From positions 20,014 through 84,013 of the forward strand of contig CAYPQV010000014.1 in NCBI GenBank assembly GCA_964412955.1: DNA of 64,000 bases, read 5' to 3'. The notes under the pieces were generated by a model. It saw only the letters and a program-made list of their open reading frames with translations. It did not search any database and was not told the DNA's origin. Position 1 is the first letter of the stretch, and every line of letters starts with the position of its first letter. The DNA comes from an uncultured Hyphomicrobiales bacterium. Lineage in GTDB: Bacteria; Pseudomonadota; Alphaproteobacteria; Rhodospirillales; 2-12-FULL-67-15. A program made the position numbers and the translations under genes. Positions 7,598 to 15,486 of this stretch are shown in pieces.

Positions 7598-9013
7598 CGG
7601 TCGCGGAACATCAGATTGTGCGATTCCCGGTACGGGGATTTGCCCCGTACCGGGAATAGTCGGTACTGGATTTTGGGCCATACTCGGTACTGACTTTTTG
7701 TCGGTACTGACGCTTGCCGTCTTATTCTGACTTCCGCCGAGGCTGTCCCCGTACCGGGATACAGTGTTCTCATTGGCCGGAGGATTAGCCCGGTACGGGG
7801 AATTCCCGGTACCGGGATTTTCCGCCTGGGCCTGTGTGGGGCTTTCGGGGGCGTTGTCATTGCCGCCAAAGAGGGCGCGGGCGATCTCCCCGGATATGCG
7901 ATTGGCGGAATCCCGGATGGGGTTGTCAGCCAAGTGGGCATATCGGGCCGTGGTTTGCACTTGGGAATGGCCCAGGAGCTTGCCGATCATGGGAAGGGCC
8001 TCGCCAATGGCAAGAGCACCCGAGGCAAATGTATGTCGAAGGTCATGTATTCGCACGTCATCAAGTCCCGCCCGGGCACGAATGCGCCGCCAAGGGCGTT
8101 CCAGGTCCGTTAAGTGCTGCTTTTCGACCTGGCCGGTAATGACGTACTCGTTGCCTTTGGTCTTCTCTATCCCGTCTAGAACCTTTCTGGCCGCTTCCCC
8201 GAGGTAAACGATCTTTGGACCGGTCTTGGAATCGGGCAGGGTGATGGTGTTCCCGTTAACGTAAGACCATTTTAGGGTTTGGATTTCTCCCCGGCGGCAG
8301 CCGGTCAGGATCAGGAGCTTGAACGCGGCAATGGCGGCCTTGGATTCCGGGTTCTCCTTAAGCTCATCCTCGAAGGCTTGCCCGAGCGCGGCCATTTCTT
8401 TGGCTGATAAAAACCTTTGGCGTTTGTCTTCCCGGTATTTCTTCACATGGTGGCAGGGATTAGACCCGTCCGGGCGCAAGCCCCAGACTTCCGCCAGATT
8501 GAACATCTTGGAAAGGACGCCCAGGGTCCGGTTCGCCTGATAGGGGATATGCCCCATGCCCTGGTGCAGCTTGGCGATATCGGACCGCTTAACGTCGATA
8601 ACCCTAAAAGCACCAATGGCCGGAGCGATGAACAGGCCAATAGACCGCTCATACTCTTTGGCCGTACTCAGCTTGCAGTGATGGGCGACATGCTCCCTAA
8701 GGAAACGGTCGCATACGTCCTTGATGGTAGGGGACTTGCGGCGGGTGTTGATCTCCTCGGCGGGGTTGTCGCCCTTGGCAACCAGGCCAAGAAGCTCCTT
8801 GGCCCGTTTACGGGCTTCGTCCGGGGTCAGGGTGCCATGACGGCCGATATTCACCCGCCGGGTGCGACCCCCGGAGCGATACTGCACCAGATATGTTTTG
8901 CGCCCGCCGGGCAGTACCCGAAGGGCAAAGCCCGGCAAGCCCTCATCGAAAACGAAGTAGTCCTTCGTCTCGGGCTTCGCGCTATCGACAAAACGCTTGG
9001 TCAGTTTCGGCAT
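7589..9013 (-). CDS. int: Tyrosine recombinase / phage-type integrase (P4-like, with N-terminal arm-binding domain)
   Basis: 'GFALRVLPGGRKTYLVQYR' matches the DUF4102-type N-terminus. Catalytic motifs 'HDLRHTFAS' and 'LLGHSQVQTTARYAHL' are present. ATG 9013 (MPKLTKRF) is preferred over 9031. An unusual tail of about 80 aa is encoded by repeat cluster C. Confidence 0.9.
   Translation of the reverse strand: MPKLTKRFVDSAKPETKDYFVFDEGLPGFALRVLPGGRKTYLVQYRSGGRTRRVNIGRHGTLTPDEARKRAKELLGLVAKGDNPAEEINTRRKSPTIKDVCDRFLREHVAHHCKLSTAKEYERSIGLFIAPAIGAFRVIDVKRSDIAKLHQGMGHIPYQANRTLGVLSKMFNLAEVWGLRPDGSNPCHHVKKYREDKRQRFLSAKEMAALGQAFEDELKENPESKAAIAAFKLLILTGCRRGEIQTLKWSYVNGNTITLPDSKTGPKIVYLGEAARKVLDGIEKTKGNEYVITGQVEKQHLTDLERPWRRIRARAGLDDVRIHDLRHTFASGALAIGEALPMIGKLLGHSQVQTTARYAHLADNPIRDSANRISGEIARALFGGNDNAPESPTQAQAENPGTGNSPYRANPPANENTVSRYGDSLGGSQNKTASVSTDKKSVPSMAQNPVPTIPGTGQIPVPGIAQSDVPRPSP
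7623..7817. repeat. Palindrome/iteron cluster C: GGTAC/GTACC cores (inside the 3' end of the int ORF)
   Basis: There is a 15-bp inverted repeat at 7623-7637/7643-7657. TCGGTACTG direct repeats occur at 7660, 7684 and 7701. CCCCGTACCGGGA spans 7747-7759, CCCGGTACGGGG spans 7789-7800, and the palindrome TCCCGGTACCGGGA spans 7804-7817. Confidence 0.85.
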
Positions 9014-9172
9014 GGCGATTTCTGGAAGCAATCTGGAAGCAGTTGGAAGCAGAATCGGGAGTCAACCAGCGTGAGTCAGTGTAGACCCGCACCGTGAATC
9101 CTCTAAGCAAAACAAGGCGAAATGATGGTGTTTCGTAGGTCAGAGAAGTTGAGCGAAACAGTCCGAGCGAAA

Positions 9173-9217
9173 CTCATAACCTGAAGGTCAGAGGTTCAAA
9201 TCCTCTCCCCGCAACCA
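9173..9217 (+). pseudogene. 3' fragment of tRNA-Met(CAU) (anticodon loop to CCA), marking the island/chromosome junction (att core)
   Basis: CTCATAACCTGAAGGTCAGAGGTTCAAATCCTCTCCCCGCAACCA parallels the 3' 45 nt of a bacterial tRNA-Met/fMet. No complementary 5' acceptor strand (TGCGGGG), D-arm or 5' anticodon stem lies upstream. Confidence 0.7.
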
Positions 9218-9261
9218 CATGAAAAACGCCGCCTCCCGATGGGATGGCGGCGTTTTGCCGT
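9202..9261 (+). repeat. Direct repeat copy 1 (last 16 nt of tRNA-Met plus downstream terminator)
   Basis: A 60-bp repeat with 58/60 identity to 9760-9819. Confidence 0.9.
9223..9256 (+). terminator. Rho-independent terminator-like hairpin after the tRNA fragment
   Basis: AAAACGCCGCC ... GGCGGCGTTTT stem followed by a T-run. Confidence 0.6.
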
Positions 9262-9309
9262 TTTGGTGCTATTTTAGGCTCCGCATCCGCCGCCTCTTGA
9301 GGGACGCCG

Positions 9310-9744
9310 ATGACCGATTCATTTCCCGTCGTGATTCATCACAATCCCCAATGCGGGACGTCCCGTAACGTGCTTTCGATCATCAAGGCGGCGGGGTACG
9401 AACCCGAGGTTATTCCTTATCTCGAAACCGGCTGGACGCGGCCGCAGCTGCTGGCGCTTTTTGCCGCGGCCGGCCTTTCGCCCCGCGCCGCGTTGCGCGA
9501 AACAAAATCGCCCGCCAAGGAACTTGGCTTACTGGAGCCGGGCGTATCCGATGCCGTCATCCTGAACGCCATGCTGATCCATCCCGTTTTGGTCAACCGC
9601 CCGATCGTTGCGACGCCCAAGGGCGTCCGTCTCTGCCGGCCCTCGGAAAAAGTTCTCGATCTGCTCGATCGTTGGCCGCCCGGGCCGCTCGCCAAGGAAG
9701 ACGGCGGTATGATCCTGGACGTCCAAGGCCGGCGGGTCGGGTAG
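9310..9744 (+). CDS. arsC: Arsenate reductase, glutaredoxin-coupled (R773 ArsC family)
   Basis: 'HNPQCGTSRN' catalytic Cys motif, plus 'HPVLVNRPIV' and 'RLCRPSE', which are collinear with E. coli plasmid R773 ArsC. Confidence 0.9.
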   Translation: MTDSFPVVIHHNPQCGTSRNVLSIIKAAGYEPEVIPYLETGWTRPQLLALFAAAGLSPRAALRETKSPAKELGLLEPGVSDAVILNAMLIHPVLVNRPIVATPKGVRLCRPSEKVLDLLDRWPPGPLAKEDGGMILDVQGRRVG

Positions 9745-9759
9745 CGCCGTCGCGAGCGG

Positions 9760-9819
9760 CCTCTCCCCGCAACCACATGCAAAACGCCGCCTCCCGATGA
9801 GATGGCGGCGTTTTGCCGT
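9760..9819 (+). repeat. Direct repeat copy 2 (tRNA-Met 3' end plus terminator)
   Basis: 58/60 identity to 9202-9261. It includes a second copy of the terminator hairpin (9782-9815). Confidence 0.9.
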
Positions 9820-9842
9820 GGCAGGGCCCGGAACCCGGCGTC

Positions 9843-12785
9843 CTACGCCCGGCTCACCTTGCAGAGCAGGGTTTTGAGATTGGTCTGGTCCGAGATCGGG
9901 TCGCGCTGGGTTCGGTCGGTGAGGAAATTCACCGAACGCCACGGATGATGGGGCTGCTTTTCGCCCCAGCCGATCGGAATGAAGACACTTGTTTCCCGGA
10001 TCCCGGTCGTGAGCCACGCCACGGCCTCGATCGCGCCGTGGGCGGTTTCGACCTTGACCCGATCGCCGTCGGCTATGCCGAGCTTCGCGGCGCGCGTCGG
10101 GTGAATCTGAACGTAGAGATTCGACCACATTTCCTGGGCCTGCCAGAAATAATGAGTAAGGCTGTGGAAGTGCGGCGCGGGCGGGCGGCCGGTCACCAGC
10201 TCCAGATCGTATCCTTGCGCCCGCAGTCGTGCGCCCGGCGAGTCGGCGCCCGGTTGACGGATGCGCGCCGGCGAAGCGAACACCGCCATCTTCTGAAGCG
10301 GCGAAAGGATGCCTTCGGCCGTATCCGGCTCCAGGAACTCGACATACGGCAGATCGATCAGTTGCTCGCGCTCGCTGTAGAACTCGGGAAGGGCGGATAG
10401 CCCCAGGCTGCGGAACTTCCTCTCCAACGCCTCGGTGTGGAACTCCAGCTTGCCGCTCGGCGTCGGGAAGCGCTTGCCCGGATGGCCGGGCGGCGACGTC
10501 CCTTCGAGGAACAGGGTCTCCTGTTCGGGCGCGTCCGCGCTGGCCATCGGATAACGGATCCACCGATGCGGCACCGCATGCAGGCGCTCTTGCGTAATGC
10601 CGCGTAAATGATCGGTGTCGATGCACATTTCGTCCCAAAAGAGCGCGGGGTCCTTGTACTTCTCCTGAAGCACGTCGTCGAAGCCGAACCGTTTGCCGAG
10701 CTCGATCCAAATCCAGTCGTCCGATTTGGCGTCGCCCGGCGGCTCGATCATTTTGTCGATCCAGACGATGCGGCGGTCGTCGTTGGCCCGTCCGATCTCG
10801 CCTTTTTCAATGCCGGTCGCGGCCGGAAGCACGTAGTCGGCGTAAGCCGACGTCTCGTTCGCGAACAGTTCGATGTGAACGAGGAGATCGAGGGCCAGGA
10901 ACGCTTCGCGCGTGGCGGATTGCCCGGGCCAATTGGAGAGAGGGTTGTTGCACGCAATCAGGGCCCTGATCGGGTAGGGCTTGCCGACGCGCATCGCATC
11001 GGCCCAGCCGGCCGGGTTGCGGCGGACCATCGGCCGCTTCGGCTTGACGCGGCGATGCTCCGGCGCCGCCGCCGAGAACATGGGCGACGCGGACATGTTC
11101 AGGAACGCGCCGCCGGGACGGCCCCAATTGCCCGTAATCGCGGCCAGGAACATCAGTACGCGGTTGGTCTGAGCCGAATTCGTATGCTGGTTTATGCCGC
11201 GGCTCGCGAAGATCACGCACCCGTCGGCCGCCGCGATGTCCGCGGCGAGGGCGCGAATGTCCGCGGCAGCGAGGCCGGTGATCGCGGCCGCCCACTCGGG
11301 CGTATATCCGCGCTCGAAGATGAAGTCGCGCCAGCGCTCCCAGCCTTCGACCCAATTCTCGCAGAACCGGCGGTCGTGCAAGCCGCGCCCGAGGATGTCA
11401 TGAGCCAAGGCGAGCGCGAGCGCCATGTCGGTGCCCGGCCGGATCGGCAGCCACTGATCGGCCTTGCTCGCCGTCGCCGTCAGGCGAGGATCGATCACGA
11501 CCATTTTGGCGCGGTTCTTGATGCGCCAGTTGTTGACCATGCCGAAATAGACGGGCCGCGCCTCGGCTTGGTTATCGCCGAAGTGGACATACATACGCGC
11601 GCTGCCGATGTCGCCGTCGGTGTAGCTGTTGGGACAGATCACGTCGCCTTGCGTCATCTCGTAGGCGGCATGCTTGCCGGCGGAGCAAAATGGATCGGTT
11701 CCCTCGAAATTGGGAGAGCCCCACATCTGGCCGAAAATCCTGATGTACCCGTTCCTGCTGAGCGTGCCGGTGCGGGTTCCGGCGAATACGGCCAACGCTT
11801 CCGGTCCGAAAGCGTCGCGGGTCGCCCGTATCTTGGCGGCGATCTCGTCGAGCGCCTGGTCCCATGAGATCGGCTCAAAGCGTCCTTCGCCGCGCGCGCC
11901 TACCCGTTTCAAGGGCCGCGTCAGGCGCCGTTCGTTGTTGTAGAGCTGCAGCGTGAGCTGCGATTTGGGGCAAACCTTTCCCTTAAGGACCGGATCGTCT
12001 TCGTTGCCGGTGATCTGCACCAGCTTGTCGCCGCGGAAATGGAACTTGGTCGAGCAGCAGTTGAAGCAGATATTGCAGCCGCCCGGGGCCACGCGGTCGG
12101 CGGTCCGCTCCTCGCGCGGAAGGCAATAGGGGAACGCCGTTTGGGCGTCAGGCAACCGCCCTCCCGCCGCGTCGTCCATGACCGCCGGCCGCCGCCGGCC
12201 TTCCACCGCATCGCTGCGAACCGCAGTCGCGTTGGGGTGCGCACGCGATAGTCGGTCCAGATAGAGGGTCGCCGGACCCATCAGGTAATGATCGTGGTCG
12301 CGCACGGTGCGGTTTTCCGCCTCGGCGCGGGCAAGATGCTGGGTGCGTTCGCCGAAGCTGATCGCATGGCCGGGACAAACGCTGGCGCAAGCCGGCGTGC
12401 GGCCCTGCGCACGCCGATCGGCGCACAGATCGCACTTCACCGAATGGTGGCCGACGGGATCGTAGCCCATCGCGCCGTATGGGCACGCGATCACGCACTC
12501 CCCGCATCCGGTGCATCGTTCCTCGAGGACTCGAACGACCCCCGTATCGGGATCTTTGACGATCGCCTTGGGATTGACCGGGCAGGCGCGCAAGCAGGCC
12601 GGACGCTCGCAGTGCTGGCAGGTGACGGTGAGGAAATCGAGGCCCGGCTGTACCGGGTCGCCGAGCCAAACGACGCGGTTCCTGTACTCGCCGGGCCCGA
12701 GGCCGTGTTCCTGCTTGCAGGCGACCTCGCAGCTCTTGCAGCCGATACAGCGTTCGAGATCGATCATTAACGCCAGTCGACCCAT
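9843..12785 (-). CDS. Fused 4x[4Fe-4S] ferredoxin (DmsB/PsrB-like) and molybdopterin oxidoreductase catalytic subunit (DMSO reductase family); substrate unknown
   Basis: The N-terminus carries Cys clusters 'CIGCKSCEVAC', 'CQHCERPAC', 'CTGCGECVIAC' and 'CDLC..C..VC'. These are followed by 'CNICFNCC-X27-C' and long molybdopterin-binding domains. The start at MGRLALMIDLERC has a GAGGA Shine-Dalgarno. No Tat signal is present. Confidence 0.85.
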   Translation of the reverse strand: MGRLALMIDLERCIGCKSCEVACKQEHGLGPGEYRNRVVWLGDPVQPGLDFLTVTCQHCERPACLRACPVNPKAIVKDPDTGVVRVLEERCTGCGECVIACPYGAMGYDPVGHHSVKCDLCADRRAQGRTPACASVCPGHAISFGERTQHLARAEAENRTVRDHDHYLMGPATLYLDRLSRAHPNATAVRSDAVEGRRRPAVMDDAAGGRLPDAQTAFPYCLPREERTADRVAPGGCNICFNCCSTKFHFRGDKLVQITGNEDDPVLKGKVCPKSQLTLQLYNNERRLTRPLKRVGARGEGRFEPISWDQALDEIAAKIRATRDAFGPEALAVFAGTRTGTLSRNGYIRIFGQMWGSPNFEGTDPFCSAGKHAAYEMTQGDVICPNSYTDGDIGSARMYVHFGDNQAEARPVYFGMVNNWRIKNRAKMVVIDPRLTATASKADQWLPIRPGTDMALALALAHDILGRGLHDRRFCENWVEGWERWRDFIFERGYTPEWAAAITGLAAADIRALAADIAAADGCVIFASRGINQHTNSAQTNRVLMFLAAITGNWGRPGGAFLNMSASPMFSAAAPEHRRVKPKRPMVRRNPAGWADAMRVGKPYPIRALIACNNPLSNWPGQSATREAFLALDLLVHIELFANETSAYADYVLPAATGIEKGEIGRANDDRRIVWIDKMIEPPGDAKSDDWIWIELGKRFGFDDVLQEKYKDPALFWDEMCIDTDHLRGITQERLHAVPHRWIRYPMASADAPEQETLFLEGTSPPGHPGKRFPTPSGKLEFHTEALERKFRSLGLSALPEFYSEREQLIDLPYVEFLEPDTAEGILSPLQKMAVFASPARIRQPGADSPGARLRAQGYDLELVTGRPPAPHFHSLTHYFWQAQEMWSNLYVQIHPTRAAKLGIADGDRVKVETAHGAIEAVAWLTTGIRETSVFIPIGWGEKQPHHPWRSVNFLTDRTQRDPISDQTNLKTLLCKVSRA

Positions 12786-12796
12786 GCCCTTTTCCT

Positions 12797-13651
12797 CTAC
12801 CAATCCGCGAGGTGCCACCACGTGATTGGTCCGCCGTCCGCCACATATCCGGCGAAGAACGTGACCGTCATTACATGGATGAAAATGCCGAAAATAAAGA
12901 GATAGGCCAACGCCAAATGGAGCGGGCGCCAGTAAGCCTGCTCCGGCCCGACCGAAGCCCTCGTTCCCATCAGGCGGTTTTCCTCGCGGACCAGCCGGGC
13001 ATACCGAAGCGCCGCGCGGGGCGTCCGCAGCCAGTGAGCGAGCGTGAGTGAAAAGGTGCCTTCGTCGGCGGTTCCGTCGATCGAGGGCAGCAAGGCGCGT
13101 TTGCGGGCGATCACGTCACGCAGACCGTCTCGCGTCGCGGGTGTCCCGGGCGCGAAGCTTCGTTGCTTGGTGGCGAACGTTGCCGCCATTTGGCGAGACA
13201 GCCGAACGCGGGCCCACACGCCCAACGCGACCAGCCCGAGCAGCGCCAGGAACAGCAGTGCGGGCGGGCGACGCAAATACCCCGCGGAATGCACCCCGAT
13301 CAGCACTCCGCCGACCGTGCTTGCGACGACGTGCGCAATAAACCAAACCGGCGGAAAGCCGCCGCGGCCGGTGCGCTTGACCCACACGAACGCCATGGAC
13401 ACGAGCAGCAGGGCGGTTCCCGCGACACCCGTGAGGTAAAGCTCGGGACTGCCCGGTTTACGCCAGGCTTCCGGCAGGACCGCCTGGACGAACGCAAAAT
13501 AAATGACGAGCGCGGCGGCGGCGGCGGCGATCAGCGCGATCAGCGCGCGATCGCTGAGGTCCGGACGTTTTCGGATCCGTCCATCGTTGGGGCCGCGACC
13601 GTCGCGCTGTGTCGTGCTGATCAAAGGCGAACCCGGCCCGGCATTTTGCAT
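12797..13651 (-). CDS. Integral membrane protein, possible haem-b-type anchor for the downstream oxidoreductase
   Basis: Several hydrophobic segments carry embedded His residues (IAHVV, GVHSAG, PLHLAL, FIHVMT). The stop lies 11 nt before the oxidoreductase start. Confidence 0.6.
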   Translation of the reverse strand: MQNAGPGSPLISTTQRDGRGPNDGRIRKRPDLSDRALIALIAAAAAALVIYFAFVQAVLPEAWRKPGSPELYLTGVAGTALLLVSMAFVWVKRTGRGGFPPVWFIAHVVASTVGGVLIGVHSAGYLRRPPALLFLALLGLVALGVWARVRLSRQMAATFATKQRSFAPGTPATRDGLRDVIARKRALLPSIDGTADEGTFSLTLAHWLRTPRAALRYARLVREENRLMGTRASVGPEQAYWRPLHLALAYLFIFGIFIHVMTVTFFAGYVADGGPITWWHLADW

Positions 13652-13847
13652 CGATCGATCTGCATGAGTGTTCTCTCAGCTTTTAGGGTCTGCGAGAGTT
13701 TGTACAGGATTGCGTTCTGTCCGTATTTATATACGGTAATTAGGATGTTGCGTAACCGGGGGCCAGGCGAAAAGGCGCGTGATTACAGAGGGTTCTGGGG
13801 TTCTCGGTTGTGCGGCCAACGCGGCCCGGGAAAAAAACCGAAAAAAC

Positions 13848-15449
13848 CTAGAACGCCAGAATCATGTCGCTGGCTTTTTCGGCGATCATGGTCACGGGCG
13901 CGTTGGTGTTCCCGGAAACCAGCGTCGGCATGATCGAGCAATCGACGACCCGCAATCCGTCGATTCCGTGAACGCGCAGGTTCGCGTCGACGACGGCCAT
14001 GGGATCGCGGCCCATCTTGCAGGTTCCCGACGGATGGAAAATCGTCGCCCCCTGTTCGCGACAGAACGCGAGCAGGTCGTCGTCCGATGTCGCCGCCGGG
14101 CCGGGACGGAATTCTTCCCGAACGTACGGGCGCATGGCATCGGTTCCGGCCAGGCGCCGGGCGAACCTGACGGCGGCGACGGCGCAGCGGCGGTCGAGGT
14201 CCGTGGACAAATAATTGGGCCGCATCGCGGGCGGCTGCCACGGGTCGGGGGATTGAATCCGAACCGTTCCGCGCGACGAGGGGCGAAGCTGGCAGACGCT
14301 GAAGGTGAATCCGGAAAACGGATGCGGCTGGGCGCCCGCCATGTCGGCCGAAACGGTGGCGAAATGAAACTGGATGTCCGGGGAACGGGACTCGGGCAGA
14401 ACCTTGGTGAACAGCCCTCCCTGGTTGATGCCGACGGCGAGAGGGCCGGAGCGGAGCAGAAGCCATTGCAGGCCGATCTTGGCGGTCCGGATCCAGGATC
14501 GCAGGTCGTCGTTGGTGGTGATGGGCTTCGCGCACTTGAAGATCAATCGGAATTGAAGGTGGTCCTGAAGATTCTCGCCGACGCCGGGAAGATCGGCGAC
14601 GACGTCGACGCCGCAGTCCCGCAGCAGGCGGGCCGGACCGATACCGGACAGCTGAAGCAGTTGCGGGCTTTGCAGAGCGCCCGCCGCCAGGATGACCTCC
14701 CGGCGGGCGCCGGCGACGAATCGCCGGCCGTGCCTGGCGTATTCGATTCCGGTCGCGCGCGGCCGTTGCCCGAGCGGATGGGCGAAAACGATTTTCATCG
14801 CCTGGGCATCGGTCATGACGGTCAGGTTGGCGCGCCCGCGCGCCGGCTTCAGGTAGGCGACCGCGTTGCTGCATCGCCAGCCGTTGCGCGTGAACAGCTG
14901 GTAATAGCCGACGCCTTCCTGGGTCGCGCCGTTGAAGTCGGGGTTGCGGGGAACGCCCAGGGCCTGCGCGCCGGCGATGATCGCCTCGATCAGTTCGTGC
15001 GGCTCGCCGATGTCCGAGCACTTGAGGGGGCCGTCGCCGCCGTGCCATTCGTCGGCGCCGCGGCTGTTCCCTTCGAGCTTCTTGAAATAGGGCAGCACGT
15101 CCCTGGCGCTCCATCCGGCGTTGCCGAGTTCGGCCCAGCGGTCGTAATCCTCGTGTTGGCCGCGGATGTAAATCAAACCGTTGATGGAGGACGATCCGCC
15201 GAGGCAGCGTCCGCGCGGCCAGTAGATCCGGCGGTCGTCCATTCCGGGATCGGGCTCGGTATGGAATCCCCAGTTGAAGACCGGGTGGAACATGGTCTTG
15301 GCGTAGCCGATGGGAATATGAATCCACGGATAATCGTCGACCGGGCCCGCTTCCAGCAGAAGGACGCGATGCCGGCCGCCGTCGCTCAGCCGATGGGCGA
15401 GAACGCATCCGGCGGTTCCCGCGCCGACGATGACGTAATCGTAGTTCAT
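13848..15449 (-). CDS. GMC-family FAD oxidoreductase (choline/alcohol dehydrogenase-like)
   Basis: 'YDYVIVGAGTAGCVLAHRLS' FAD fold, GMC signature regions, and C-terminal 'HPSGTCKMG'. Confidence 0.9.
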   Translation of the reverse strand: MNYDYVIVGAGTAGCVLAHRLSDGGRHRVLLLEAGPVDDYPWIHIPIGYAKTMFHPVFNWGFHTEPDPGMDDRRIYWPRGRCLGGSSSINGLIYIRGQHEDYDRWAELGNAGWSARDVLPYFKKLEGNSRGADEWHGGDGPLKCSDIGEPHELIEAIIAGAQALGVPRNPDFNGATQEGVGYYQLFTRNGWRCSNAVAYLKPARGRANLTVMTDAQAMKIVFAHPLGQRPRATGIEYARHGRRFVAGARREVILAAGALQSPQLLQLSGIGPARLLRDCGVDVVADLPGVGENLQDHLQFRLIFKCAKPITTNDDLRSWIRTAKIGLQWLLLRSGPLAVGINQGGLFTKVLPESRSPDIQFHFATVSADMAGAQPHPFSGFTFSVCQLRPSSRGTVRIQSPDPWQPPAMRPNYLSTDLDRRCAVAAVRFARRLAGTDAMRPYVREEFRPGPAATSDDDLLAFCREQGATIFHPSGTCKMGRDPMAVVDANLRVHGIDGLRVVDCSIMPTLVSGNTNAPVTMIAEKASDMILAF

Positions 15450-15486
15450 TCAATCTCCCCGAACGAAAACTGCATTTAGCAAGAAA

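Larger units (their letters stand above)
1..9217. mobile_element. Right-hand part of a tRNA-Met-associated integrative island (left boundary outside window): type I RM cargo plus DGQHR/TIR-like gene, RCR Rep-like gene, AlpA-like HTH, orphan gene, tyrosine integrase, terminal tRNA fragment
   Basis: The segment is visibly more AT-rich than the flanking DNA. The integrase gene sits next to a 45-nt copy of the anticodon-loop-to-CCA part of a tRNA-Met, with no 5' half present. Replication and excision-type genes are present. GC-rich host-like sequence resumes after 9217. Confidence 0.7.

Noticed and set aside
7276-7817. Possible CRISPR array, suggested by dense short palindromic repeats
   Set aside because: There is no single repeat unit, no regular repeat-spacer periodicity and no cas genes. 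The motifs are 10-20 bp and fall into three different families.
9141-9217. Complete tRNA-Met gene
   Set aside because: Only the anticodon loop to CCA matches. The upstream sequence cannot form the acceptor stem (no TGCGGGG), the D-arm or the 5' anticodon stem. I called it a 3' fragment/att core instead.
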